Shown in pieces: positions 38,093-49,336 of a stretch of DNA of 64,000 nucleotides. Position numbers and translations under genes: made by a program. The notes under the pieces are model-generated. The model saw nothing but the letters and a program-made list of their open reading frames with translations, was not told the DNA's origin and searched no databases. Positions within the stretch are counted from its first letter, which is position 1, and every line of letters starts with the position of its first letter. Origin of the DNA: Octopus vulgaris (taxonomy: Eukaryota); assembly GCA_951406725.2 (NCBI GenBank), contig OX597820.1, positions 101,308,001-101,372,000 on the forward strand, given 5' to 3'.

Positions 38093-38979
38093 AATTTGTC
38101 AACAAGCTTCAGTCATATATATTCACTTGCAAAAAACAAAACACTTACCATTTTAAATTATCATAAACATACAAGAAATAGTAACAAACTACATATAGCA
38201 TGAAGTACAGTGTAATAGGTTACTTTTAGTTATTAAAAGATTAAGCTAGCATTAACCAAGAAAACATTGATTAATTCTATCTTAATCTTTTAATATCTAA
38301 AATTCAGACACACTGTTGAATGTGGTCTCCTGTACAAGGGCAAGAGAAGGAGTGCTGCTTATTACTTCTTATCAACCTTGCCATGTTTGTTATATTTATT
38401 CACCTTCGGCTTAAAAATAGCTACATAAGTTACATGACATTCTATAAAACATTTCCTGGCCTTGATTATTGTACTGACTGTTTCAGTGTGTGATGTGAGC
38501 ACGTTTATTTTCTTTCTATTCTCATTTTTGTGTTATTTGTTCTTTTGTTCTGTTCACACTTGGACTCCTACTAACGTTACTACTCCTTGTAAATGTTGTT
38601 TTGTGTTGTCAATCCCTCCTACTAAAAACACAAAAGAAATTCAAAACAAAGCTCATATTTAGCTTCTGTGCTAATATAAATAAATGTTGTCATTAGTTAG
38701 CCTCCTCCTAGCCCAGTATTTTCTGCTTTAAGAACCTCATCTTATTTAAGATTATTTAAAATAAATTTATCGTTTAAATTTTTTATGTCATGTTCTTTTT
38801 TTTTTAAATGTTTGTGAAATCACAAAATATAAAGAAAAAAAAACAATTTATGTAACAAAATTAAAATCTGTCATCTTGATATTTTTGTATTTTCCCCTTA
38901 AAGTTGCATTTCCTTAGATTATTAAGTCAATCATATTTAATTTGTGTTTCATTTTCTATCCATAAATTTCTCTTTGCAG

Positions 38980-39124
38980 AGTTCAGTTTTCATCAGCTCT
39001 TCAAGTTTACAGGGTGCTTGTTATACACATCGAAAAATCTGCCACATTCTACTTTCAGCTTATGAAAGTTTACAAGAAACCTTTGTAAGCTATAGTAAGT
39101 TAATGTCAAACCTACCTACTGTTG
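38980..39124 (+). CDS. FAM135A: FAM135-family exon 3 (phase 0-1)
   Basis: Acceptor tttctctttgcag| and donor |gtaagt. SSVFISSSSLQGACYTHRKICHILLSAYESLQETFVSYSKLMSNLPTV matches the family pattern H..LC..LL.AY..L...F. Confidence 0.9.
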
Positions 39125-39454
39125 GTAAGTATTTTAACTAGGTATATCAGACCAATGTATAAAAAGAGCAATGTTTTATTATTTCTTTCTGTGATATTTT
39201 TGAGACCTAGAAGAGGGTACTGGGATTATTTAATGCAAGATTTATGTATTTATACCATTCATTACTATATTTCTCTTGAAATATACTGCCGTCGATTCAT
39301 TCGATTTTGAAATTAATGAAGACCTTTGTAAGATAACTTTGTCATTATTTAGCTAGTGTATGGATAATAAATCAACTTGAAATTATGATGGGAGTTTTAC
39401 ATTTAAATCGCTTTAAAACAAAGTGTTTGTATCATAGAATCTGAAGCAATCTCA

Positions 39455-39682
39455 GACAAGCTGGAATCCATAGCAATGCAGTGTTAGCATGCCGGGTAAA
39501 ATTCTTAGTGGCATTTCATCCATCTTTATGTTCTGAGTTCAAATTCCACCGAGGTTGACTTAACTTTTCATCTTTACAGGATTGATAAAATAAATACCAG
39601 TTGGGAACTGAAGGTCAATGTAATCGACTTATCCCCTCCCTTGAAATTGCTGGCCTTGTACCAAAATTTGAAACCAATATTT
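39455..39682 (+). mobile_element. Family-C SINE variant
   Basis: gttagcatgccggg...gagttcaaattccaccgagg...gctggccttgtaccaaaatttgaaacc. Confidence 0.7.
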
Positions 39683-40128
39683 TAAAGACAAGGCAAATTA
39701 CCTGACTGTGTTCACCTTATAGAGAAATAGATATTCTGTCCCCACTCCATTGTAATATGGTTCTTCACTTGTTATATAATACTTGCTTCAGCTTTTCAAA
39801 ACCAACAAAATATGCCAATATAGAAAATATGGATATTAAAAATATGATTTATTGCCATCCTTGTCATTGGTATTGTTTTCTATGTTTGCATGGGCTGAAA
39901 AGATCTACAGTATGGCACTTCACTATTCTTTTTGTCCTCAGGACATATATAATAAAAAGTATACACTAACAAGTGTTTAGTCAGGTATTCTAATGTTTCT
40001 GCCCCTTAATAACTGTATTTAATAATACTCATAAATAAGCTGACATGAAATGTGATTTTACTGGAAATGATTAATGACTTTGTTATTTTCTTATTTTTAT
40101 TTTTATTCTTTTTTTTTTTTTTTCCCAG

Positions 40129-40178
40129 AGCGGAAAGATTGTCATACCAAACTAGAAGAATTAATGAAAGTTTTACAG
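40129..40178 (+). CDS. FAM135A: FAM135-family exon 4 (50 nt, phase 1-0)
   Basis: Long poly-T tract with cccag| and donor |gtaagt. Translates ERKDCHTKLEELMKVLQ; phases fit. Confidence 0.88.
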
Positions 40179-40395
40179 GTAAGTAAACAACCATTTGCCC
40201 GAAAGTTCTTTTCAAGTTTTCTTACATACTTTTTCTTTCCTGAATGTTCAGTCTATCTGTTGTTTAACTGACAAGTTTCTTTGTAGCTCCTTTTTTTTTT
40301 TATAATACGATAAATTAGAATATTAAAAGAAAAGAGTATCTCTTCTGTTTTTTTTTTGTTTTTTTTGATATCATAAATGTAGATTTGTAACTTAA

Positions 40396-40616
40396 CCCTT
40401 TCGTTACTGTATTTATTTTGAGGTGCTCTGTGTTTCTTTCAATTATCTTAAATATAACAAAGAATTTAGTAAAATAACTTAGTTATCATTAAGCTAGTGT
40501 TAGGAATATAAATTGCGACTAAGGTTTGGTGGTATATTTTAATGAAAAACTTATGAAAACAAGACATTTATACTACAGAGCCAGAGCCGGTTTTGGCCGG
40601 GTTGGTAACGAAAGGG
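40396..40616. mobile_element. piggyBac-type MITE (family P1), young
   Basis: TTAA TSDs and 12-bp TIR ccctttcgttac / gtaacgaaaggg. Reverse-complement relative of 63563-63782. Confidence 0.9.
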
Positions 40617-41235
40617 TTAAAAAGCTCCAGCATATTTTTGTCAAGTGGGGTGAAGATTTTCAATTAGTGTTTGACCTTAAGTGTCAGACAAGAATTACTT
40701 TCTGGCAAGATGCTGGAGAGGAAAATATTAAAGACATTCTGATTTTAATCTATGGAAATTGAATTTTTTTTTTATGTCCCATCATTGTTTTATAATTTGA
40801 TAAAATAAAGCTGGTTAGTATTTTTAGCATCAAATAAACAGAAATAGACTTAGAGTTTTTATATGTGATGTAATTTGGTAGGCTTAGTGTTTTTATATAT
40901 GATGTAATTTGAAACAACAAGCCAGTGTTTTGACCCTTTTGTTACCATATTTCTACCTTTCTCTGCAATTAATTTTGAAAATAATGAAGAATTTTGTAAA
41001 ATTACTGTCCTTATGAAGCTGCTGTCTAAGTAAATTTCAAACAGTAATGAGAAAAATTTGATTGCTATTTCTAGCAGGTTGAGCACTCGCATTGAAACTG
41101 CTTATTGGGAGTGATGTAAGACAGAAAATCTTACAATACACCTTTTAGTAATGAACTTTTAGTGTTGAATCCTGACTCTAGTGTTATAACTGTAAGTTTC
41201 TCTAGTTTTAAAATCGCTCTATAAAGACTACAAGT

Positions 41236-41477
41236 AAGTTCACCACCATCAGTTCATTGCAGGAGAGTTCTCCACCATCTATTCACCCTGAAGAAAGTTT
41301 ACTGTGAGAAAAGTAGTAGTAGTAGTAGCAGTAGCAGTAGCAGCAGCAGTAGTAGTAGTTGTAGTAGTAGTAATATGATTATTCTCTTTTTGTGAACTTA
41401 TCTCTCTCTAAAATTTCCTTGCAATGAACATTCCTTATGGTGAACTTTCCCTGCAGTGAATTGATGATGGTGAACTT
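41236..41477. mobile_element. MITE with ~28-bp TIRs and subterminal repeats, split by a (TAG/CAG)n tract
   Basis: aagttcaccaccatcagttcattgcagg versus cctgcagtgaattgatgatggtgaactt (3 mismatches). Confidence 0.65.
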
Positions 41478-41537
41478 TCCAGACATTTTCTATAAGTCCC
41501 TGTGGTGTGAAGATATTTCTCCAGAACATTTCTTTAA

Positions 41538-41755
41538 CCCTTTAGCAATTAAACCAGCCATATGTGGCCAAAATATTCTGCCTATTTTAAGTTCAAACTG
41601 GCCAGATCCAGGCCCTCACATGCCATTGTGATGTCATTGTAAAATAAACAATCACTTCATTGAAATCTTGAAGTTATAAGATAATGTAGGAGCAATTCAA
41701 AACAATGTGAATATATAAACATTACATTTGATAGAGTAATATGAAAATTAAGGGG
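41538..41755. mobile_element. piggyBac-type MITE (family P2; relatives near 9640, 32760, 43335, 48730, 54290)
   Basis: TTAA|CCCTTTAGCA ... TAAGGGG|TTAA termini and shared internal aaactggccaga...cattgaaatct...agataat. Confidence 0.8.
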
Positions 41756-42114
41756 TTAATTTTGATCTAGGAAACTAATTAGTATGGGTGTGATATGTTT
41801 CATTTTGCTATCAAAAAATGAATGTCCTTCAAGCTGTATTTCTCTGATAGATTGATTCAAAAAATATGTATTTTATAAAACTGGGAATTCCTAAAAATAT
41901 TTTCCTTTTTTCTTCTTTTTATATTTTCAAGATATTTTGATGTTTTATGGCGAAACTAGAGTAATGGAGTTGCTATTATTTTATTATTAACTTCCCTTAT
42001 TCCTACATGATTTTATTAGATAAAGAAATAAAACCCTTGAAATGCAGATAGACATAGGAGTAATAAGTGTAAACTATGCTATATACATGTGTGTATGTGT
42101 TTGTGTGTGTGTGT

Positions 42115-42326
42115 GTGTGTATAAACTTTATAGTGGTGTAGAAATTTCATGTATTAATAAAAGAAGTTGGTGATCAGGATTTGGATAAATATTTATTGAG
42201 CACTTTTATCCCCTTGAGGTATTCATCATAATGAATTCCTGAAGGAGGTGGAAGGGCTCAGCAAATGATATTACCTTTTTTTTTATTAATATATAAAATC
42301 TGTACACCACTACAAAATTTACACAC
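42115..42326. repeat. Degenerate ~210-bp fold-back
   Basis: aaactttatagtggtgtagaaatttcatgtattaataaaa pairs with ttttattaatatataaaatctgtacaccactacaaaattt. Inner tgagc/gctca and attcat/atgaat pairings. Confidence 0.7.
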
Positions 42327-42822
42327 GCCCTCTCTCTCTCCCTTTCTCTTTCTCTCTCTCCATCCTTCCCTCACCCCATAGGTTTCTCATTTCTTGATTA
42401 GGATTAGCTTAAACTGAAATATTGGATGAAATTGCCTTTACTTTTCATTATGAATATGATTGCGCATTTTTTTTTATCCTAATTACCAATAATGCCTACA
42501 TTTTTTTAATCAACAACTAATAGATCACTTGGAAAATCTTTACAGCTTGAATGGATAATAGGAATGTTTACACTTAAACTGTTTAGATTAAAAAAAAAAG
42601 ACATCATACATTAAAATAAATCTACCTACTCTCCGTTCTCTTTTTCTATTTGTTTCTCTTGTCTTTTGGCAGTTCCTAAGTCTGTACAACTATTACTTGT
42701 TTATTCATTATTCTGTTCTGTGATCTTCATTTCATCAGATTTTGAACAACATTCACCCATCACTCATCTTTAGCCACTTCTTAAGATGTCTCACTCCCAT
42801 CTCATCTTTCGCTGCCTGTTCT

Positions 42823-43175
42823 CATCATCATCATCATCATCATTACCATCATCATTTAATGTCCGTTGTCCATGCTGGCATGGGTTGGACGGTTTGACCA
42901 GAGCTGGTAAGTTGAGGGCTGCACCGACTCCAGTCTGATTTGGCATGGTTTCTATGACTGGGTGCCTTTCCTAACGCCAACCACTCTGAGAGTGTAATTG
43001 GTGCTTTTATGTGCCAGTTTCATGATACCAGTATCTGCCATGACTACAATTTCATTTGGCCTTATGGGTTTTCTACTCAAGTATGACATATTGCCAAAGG
43101 TCTCAGTCATTTGTCATTGCTTCCGTGAGGCCCAGCACTCAAAAGATGCTTTTTATGTGCCATTGGCACAGGTGT
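42823..43175 (-). mobile_element. Family-B-related element
   Basis: (cat)n tail, ccatgctggcatgggttggacgg and ttcctaacgccaaccactc. Confidence 0.8.
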
Positions 43176-43277
43176 TCTGTTTGTATTAACTTAGCGTAAA
43201 CCTCACTCATACATTTTAAAACATAAGGTATTTTTTCTTATACAAACTACTTGACTGCAAAATTTGGTTATAAATTA

Positions 43278-43698
43278 GTCCTTTTAATACAAACTTGCTT
43301 GAAACAGCCCCAAGTTCTATAATGCAAATTCTCCCCTTTTGCAATTAAACCAGCCAAAATATTCTACCAAGCCTATGTTTAAATTGACCAGATTCAGCCT
43401 CTCACACCTTACAATGTCGTTCTAAAAGTAAACTTTAACAAGATTGAAATCTTAAAGCTAAAAGATAATGAATTCAGAATATTGTGACTCAATAAGCTTT
43501 ATATTTCACAAAATAATCTGAATGCTAAAGGATTAAAGTGATCTAAATTACAACCTTCCTTTAAGTTCCTGTTAATTTATTTTCTAGACATCAGCTAAAT
43601 AATGACGAATTAATTTTAATTAATTTTTCATTGTTTTCAAAACTTTTTGAAAAAAGAGGCAGTGTGTTTCAACAGGAATATGATAACAAAAGGGTTAA
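43278..43698. mobile_element. P1 piggyBac MITE interrupted by a P2 MITE (~43334-43515)
   Basis: P1 5' part, then P2 body ending gctaaagggattaa, then the P1 remainder ending aaagggttaa. Confidence 0.6.
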
Positions 43699-44145
43699 GA
43701 CAAAATTTGTTTTGGTAAGGTTATCTCTGCAGATTTTCTATAGAAATTATTGCCAGTACGGATTTTTGTTATGATGTTTCATATCTGAGACGCCTAATGT
43801 AAACAACCATCAGATCAAAGATGAGAAATGGATAATGGATGTAGCACAGCTAACACAGCAGAACACAGTATTGACTTATAAAAGTATTTAATATACTTTG
43901 TAATATAGTATGGTTGCATAACAAAATCTGGTGACCCTACAGGTGGTCATTAAGACTTGTGGCAAGATTTCAGATTGTGATGTTCAAGCATTTGGACATA
44001 TTAACCACAAAGCTTTTATGATTCCAAGTAAAAGACTTTCAGATGGACCAGTTTTGTGAAGCAGTGTTTATTGAACAAATAATCCCAAATTGAGCAACTT
44101 TTTGTATTAAATGATGGTTTATATCTATTAATTATTTGTTTACAG

Positions 44146-44301
44146 AAATTTGATAATGAGGAAGATCTTCTGGAACGGGCAAGTACCCATGTAACACAAC
44201 TGTGTGCTGAGAATGTCATTCTATGGAACCAGTTCTTGGATACTATCAATTTAGATTCCTTTGTTATGTATCAGCTTGCTTCTGATCACCATCAGCAACG
44301 G
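44146..44301 (+). CDS. FAM135A: FAM135-family exon 5 (phase 0-0)
   Basis: Acceptor ttgtttacag| and donor |gtagga. KFDNEEDLLERASTHVTQLCAENVILWNQFLDTINLDSFVMYQLASDHHQQR (family motif QLC....LW.QFL...L......L..EHH..R). Confidence 0.93.
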
Positions 44302-45708
44302 GTAGGAACTTCAAACATTATGCAGTGATTTTTCTTGGTTCTGTTGTTCTTTATTTATTTATTTTTAAAATTCCAATGATGTTTCAGCAAGTAGTCTATG
44401 TTGAAACATCACTGGTCAGTTTTTTTCCCAAAAATTTGCTTTACTTTTGATGCTTTTTGACCATTGGAATTGTTACCATTTTTTTTCTTTTAACTGTATC
44501 TGGGCTTCTACAGAAGTTCTTCCTGTTTAAATCATGCCCATTCCAAAAAGTTTTAGAATGGCCAGTACAGATTTAAAGAGAGAAGTGGTTGTTGAAGAAA
44601 ATGTGTTTGTCTCCCCTCCTACTTTGTGTATGGATTAATACTGTAACAGTTCTTTTGCGTATTCTGTAGTAAGTGGGCAATTTGAGGCGAGAGTTACTCC
44701 CATTCAAAGTAGTCAAGAAAGCAACAATAATAACATCCTTCATTCATGTCACTGGCATGTTGCATGAATGAAAGATGGATTCAAAAGAAAAGAAGATGCA
44801 GTTAAAAATTATGACAACAATATTCACCCTGGGGTTGTGCCACTCCTAGCAGAAGAAACCTTGTGTATTATAAGAAAGACCTATCCTCTGTGAGTACATT
44901 GGTCATATAGTCTGCAGCTGTGTTTATTCACTGTATCTCTTTCTCCCTCCATTGGGTTCATTAGATTTCATTGTTTGGTTACTCAGTAGGCAGAAATTAT
45001 AGGACATCAGTATAAATGTCTCAGTATTTAATAAAATTTGTGAAAAAAGATGATATTCTTTGTAGATCAGTGAGTCTTGATGTTTCTGGCAGGACTTTTC
45101 TTGAAAAAAATGCAAGTGTCTTGGAAGGCTGTGAATGGCATAGTTAAAATGGAGGATCATAGAACAGTGGTGGCAGGGAGAGAGGAGACTCTAGAATCCA
45201 TGAAAACTAGTGATAATCTGTGCCAGTGTAAAACAAGTCATAACATTTGTAAAAGAAGCTGGGAATGAGAAATGTTTCGAAAGGCTTTCCACACACGTCT
45301 CATATCTTGAAAGAAGAGTCCTGTCTGAAACATTGGAGCTTAACTCACCTATCCTTACTGAAAACAAATTTATCTTATTCTACAAATTATATTCGATGAT
45401 ATTTGTCAGTGGAGATAACCACTAGTTTCTTCAGCTTCTAATTATTTTTCCTTATGCTGTTTATGTCCACATCTATATATTCTATGCACCCCTCTACCAA
45501 GTTAATTTAACTTTACATCCATCATGGAAAGGTATGTACTGTTATCAATTCAGTTAATTACCAGTTGTCAATTGGGTATGTGCAAATGCAAGAAATACCT
45601 ATCTGTTTATCCATTCATCCAGCCCTGCTCTTAAGTGTTAAGCTAATACAATATTTGTTGAAACTTGTTTCTCCAATGTTGTCTTCTTTCAATTTTGTTT
45701 TCATTGCC

Positions 45709-45894
45709 ATGATAGATCGTTAGCTCCTACACGCATTTTTTTCTCTCCTTGTTTTTTTCTGTGTATCTTTCTGTCGAAGAGCGTAGGCTCGAAATGTAAA
45801 AGACTTTTTCTATTCCTGAGCGCTATACTAATACATTTGTTTGTTTGTACTCCACCTGCCTTCGTCTTCTGTTTATTTTCGTAAACTTTCCTTT
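45709..45894 (+). mobile_element. Short HHR-bearing element (CUGUCGA-A family); motif at 45766-45803
   Basis: tcttt-CTGTCGA-a-gagc-gtag-gctc-GAAA-tg-TA-aaaga. Ends in (TA)n. Confidence 0.7.
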
Positions 45895-46002
45895 TATATA
45901 TATATATATATATATATATTTATTAATATTCAGTAGAAGTAATAGAGGGACTCAAGGTCCAAGAGTTTCGTGCATTGACACAAAATTTATCAAATATATA
46001 AT

Positions 46003-46172
46003 CTCACTTTTTTTCTCTTTCTCTTCATTTTCTTTCTTTCATCTCTTTCTGTCAAAGAGCATAGGCTTAAAACATCAAAAAATTTTCCATTTTCCCTGAG
46101 CATCAAACTAATACACCTATTTGTTGTTCCTTCACCTGTCTCTGTATTTTGTTTTCTGTGCATTTGAACCAT
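46003..46172 (+). mobile_element. Decayed third copy of the CUGUCGA-A family
   Basis: ctttctgtcaaagagcataggcttaaaacatcaaaaa (CpG-decayed motif) with the same downstream ctgagc..aaactaatac. Confidence 0.65.
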
Positions 46173-46181
46173 ATATAGAAT

Positions 46182-46358
46182 GTGTTTATAAGCCATTTTA
46201 AAACACACAAAAACCATTAGATTCCTTTCAACTTTTAAATTTAATTTGTCAAAATATTTCCGTTGCTTTGACAAACTAAATTTAAATGTTAAAGTGAATC
46301 TAACGGTTTTTGTGTATTTTTAAATGGTTTATAAACACCTTCCACGCTGCAATTGTTT

Positions 46359-46359
<1 letters not shown>
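46182..46359. repeat. Second, older fold-back copy of the 1886-2182 family
   Basis: Arms about 46182-46253 and 46267-46338 with several mismatches. The spacer holds part of the HHR-like motif. Ends in (TA)n. Confidence 0.9.
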
Positions 46360-46406
<47 letters not shown>

Positions 46407-46415
<9 letters not shown>

Positions 46416-46781
46416 ATTTAGGGTATCTAAGTGATACCATCACACTAGAAATAGCAGCCAAAACTTGACTCTAAAACCACATTAAATGTTCATATGTTCA
46501 TACAGCACCAGGAGAGAAGACAAAGAGGCAAAATAAACTAGCAAAAAAAAATACTGGATAATTCATTAGTGGAGTATATTCTACTGATGAAGGCAGAGCA
46601 TTTCTTATGCAGAGTCAGAAATCCGGGATCTGGAATTATCCAGTATTTTTTTTGCTAGTTTATTTTGTCTCTTTGTCTTCTCTCCTGGTGCTGTATGAAC
46701 ATTTAATGTGGTTTTAGAGTCAAGTTTTGGCTGTTATTTCCAGTGTGATGGTATCTCTTAGATACCCTAAATTATAATTTT
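46407..46781. repeat. ~150-bp-arm palindrome starting at a (TA)n tract
   Basis: 46407-46564 versus 46633-46781: about 4 substitutions, one 8-nt duplication (tgttcata), one poly-A slip. Spacer 68 nt. Confidence 0.95.
46578..46636 (+). ncRNA. Type I hammerhead ribozyme motif in the palindrome spacer
   Basis: attcta-CTGATGA-a-ggc-aga-gcat-ttctt-atgc-aga-gtc-a-GAAA-tccggga-TC-tggaat. 6-bp stem I, interrupted stem II, near-palindromic stem III, AUC triplet. Confidence 0.68.
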
Positions 46782-46946
46782 TATAATAATTATTACCTTT
46801 GAAGGTTTTTATTCCCATGCTGGCTACCTGATATGATCGGTATATAAATAATGATCTTATCCTTATTTATATAAATATATATAAATATCTATATCTTGCA
46901 CAACAAATATATAAACGTATCTATATATTGTTTTTCTTAATTTCAG

Positions 46947-47020
46947 GTAAAACGTTTTGCTGAGGGATTTTTTAACCAAGACCATGCTAAATTGAAAAGT
47001 CTGGAGACATATGAACCGAG
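46947..47020 (+). CDS. FAM135A: FAM135-family exon 6 (phase 0-2)
   Basis: Acceptor tttcag| and donor |gtaatt. VKRFAEGFFNQDHAKLKSLETYEPS (family motif VRRFSEAFF..EH). Confidence 0.93.
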
Positions 47021-47425
47021 GTAATTAAAAAATATTTTATGTTTTATCTTTTACGATTCTTCAAAAGCCCTGTAGCTTTATTTTCATAAATATATTCTTC
47101 CTTTCTATAAGTAGAACTTCAGTGCTAGAAAGCTTTCACTGTTTTGTTAGTAAACAGAATGTCTGTTTGTTTCTGTTTTCAGAAACTGCATAGAAGTAGG
47201 CTTCTTTTGATTGTTTTTAAGTGAAATTTTAAAACTTTAACAACACAAAATTCTCACATTGGCATAAGGAAAGACATTGGTAGGAGAGGGACATGGTGAA
47301 TTGAATTAAATTTAGTACAAGAAAGATGAAAGATCAAGTTGACACTTGACAGATTTCAATTTGGAATGAATTTGATGCTGTTTGGCATTTAATCTGACAC
47401 ATTACTGATTCTGCACTCAACTACC

Positions 47426-47690
47426 CTATATATGGAATGCAGTAAAAAAAAAAAAAAAACCCCAAACCAAAAAAAAAATCACACATTTACCAGTCTTGAT
47501 AAATTTCTCTACTGCAAACACATGGTGTCTGCTGGTCCAAACAATGTAGCTAATGTTTTTTTTTATCATTCTTTTTATTGTTTTTATTCCAGTTACCATA
47601 ATGTTTTGGACTGGTGTACATAGTGCATTTGCTGTTGAAATATTCATCAAGAATGGTGAAGCTGAGATTATTTTGCTGCACCCTGTATTT
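47426..47690 (-). mobile_element. Tc1/mariner-superfamily 5' remnant (DUF4817-like HTH start)
   Basis: Minus-strand terminus TA|CAGGGTG followed by VWTSRHHVFAVEKFIKTGKCVI. Confidence 0.55.
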
Positions 47691-47874
47691 ATAAATTTCC
47701 TCATCATCATCATTTAATATCTACCCACCATGCTGGCATGGGCTGGACAGTTTGACAGTCAGAAGACTGCACCAAGCTCTACTGTCTGCTTTGGCAGGAT
47801 TTCTACAACTGAATGCCCTTCCAATTCCACCCACTTTACAGAATGTACTGGATGTTTTTTGTGTGGCGGTGTAC

Positions 47875-47928
<54 letters not shown>

Positions 47929-47932
47929 TATA

Positions 47933-48242
47933 TCACCATGATCACCGTGACTGACCAGGCTATCAGATGTTGCTACACATCGCTGGTCACAATGCGCTTT
48001 GCATTGTTTTAGCCTTCAAATGACGCCACCTCGCTGGCTAAGTGAGCAGGCCAACAGAGGAGAGAGTGAGAGAAAGTTGTGGCGAAAGAGTACAGCAGAG
48101 ATTGCCACCACCCCACTGCCGGAGCCTCGTGGAGCTTTAGATGTTTTCGCTCAATAAACACTCACAACGCCCGGTCTGGGAATCGAAACCACGATCCTAC
48201 GACCGCGAGTCCGCTGCCCTAACCACTAGGCCATTGCGCCTC

Positions 48243-48246
<4 letters not shown>
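47933..48246 (-). mobile_element. CpG-rich tRNA-derived SINE inserted in (TA)n, nested within family-B pieces (47702-47875 minus; 48310-48480 plus)
   Basis: Minus strand ggcgcaatggcctagtggttagggcagcggactcgcggtcgtaggatcgtggtttcgattcc with A and B boxes. TA tracts on both sides. Confidence 0.82.
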
Positions 48247-48284
<38 letters not shown>

Positions 48285-49172
48285 AATTATATGTGAGAGC
48301 ATCCACGTGGTGCCACATAAAAGTACTCAGCATATTCTGTAAAGTGGTTGATATTAGGAAGGGCATCCAGACCTAGAAACCATGCCAAATTAGACTGGTG
48401 TCTGGTGCACTTCTGGTCAGACCGTCCAACCCATGCTAGCATGGACAATGGACATCATATGATGACGATGATGACGATGATATATATACATATATAACAC
48501 ACACACGCACTATGAAATGCACATATACATGCAGCTACAGGTGTGGTTTTTAGAAGTTTGTTTTGCATCCACATGGCTTTAGGTTCAATTCCACTACACA
48601 GTATCACGGGAAAGTATCTTTTGTTATAGCACAAGGCTGACAAAAGACTCATGAGTGAATTTGGTTGATGGAAATTATAAGAAGCCTGTATTGTATATGT
48701 ATCTAGTCATCTCTTATAAACACTTTAATCTTTTAACATTTAAACCAGCCACATCTGACCCAAATACTTTACCTGTTTTATATTCAAACTGGCCACATCT
48801 AACCTGTCACACATACCCTACAATGTCATTCTAAAAATCTTGAAGTTACAAGATAATACGTGATTAATTCAAGACAATGTGAATAAATAAGCATTACATT
48901 TTACAGAGTAATTTGAATGCTAAAGGGTTGAAGGTGAAGGATGAGAATCTACTTCTGAAATTTCATCAAAGCCTATAATAAATAAAGTGGAAAGTTTTGG
49001 CTTTGTTGTGGAAGATCTTCCGTTGTAGAAAAATCAAGATATGGTGAGGTAGCAGCAAAATGTTAGCCCTTGCAGATGTGATTACACCTTGTTCTATTTA
49101 ATCCATGGAAACTAAATATTAAAATATTGGTAGTAGTGGTGATGATGCTCTTTGTTATTGTAATTTTCACAG

Positions 49173-49336
49173 CATTCACAGCCATGCTGACTGTGCAACA
49201 ATGGTGCGTAACTCGCCGTACTTTGTTAACCTCCCACCACTTGCTGCTGAATGTCTTGAGCTCGATGGAGACCACACTTCACTGCCTATCATATTTGAAG
49301 ATGTTTACTATGATATCAAGTTTCCAACTTGTAAAA
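49173..49336 (+). CDS. FAM135A: FAM135-family exon 7 (phase 2-1)
   Basis: Acceptor ttttcacag| and donor |gtgagt. IHSHADCATMVRNSPYFVNLPPLAAECLELDGDHTSLPIIFEDVYYDIKFPTCK (family motif LPPLP.EC.ELDGD...LPIIFED.Y). Confidence 0.95.

Noticed and set aside
48165-48242. tRNA gene on the minus strand
   Set aside because: A and B boxes are present but the acceptor stem is poor, and it continues into a SINE body.
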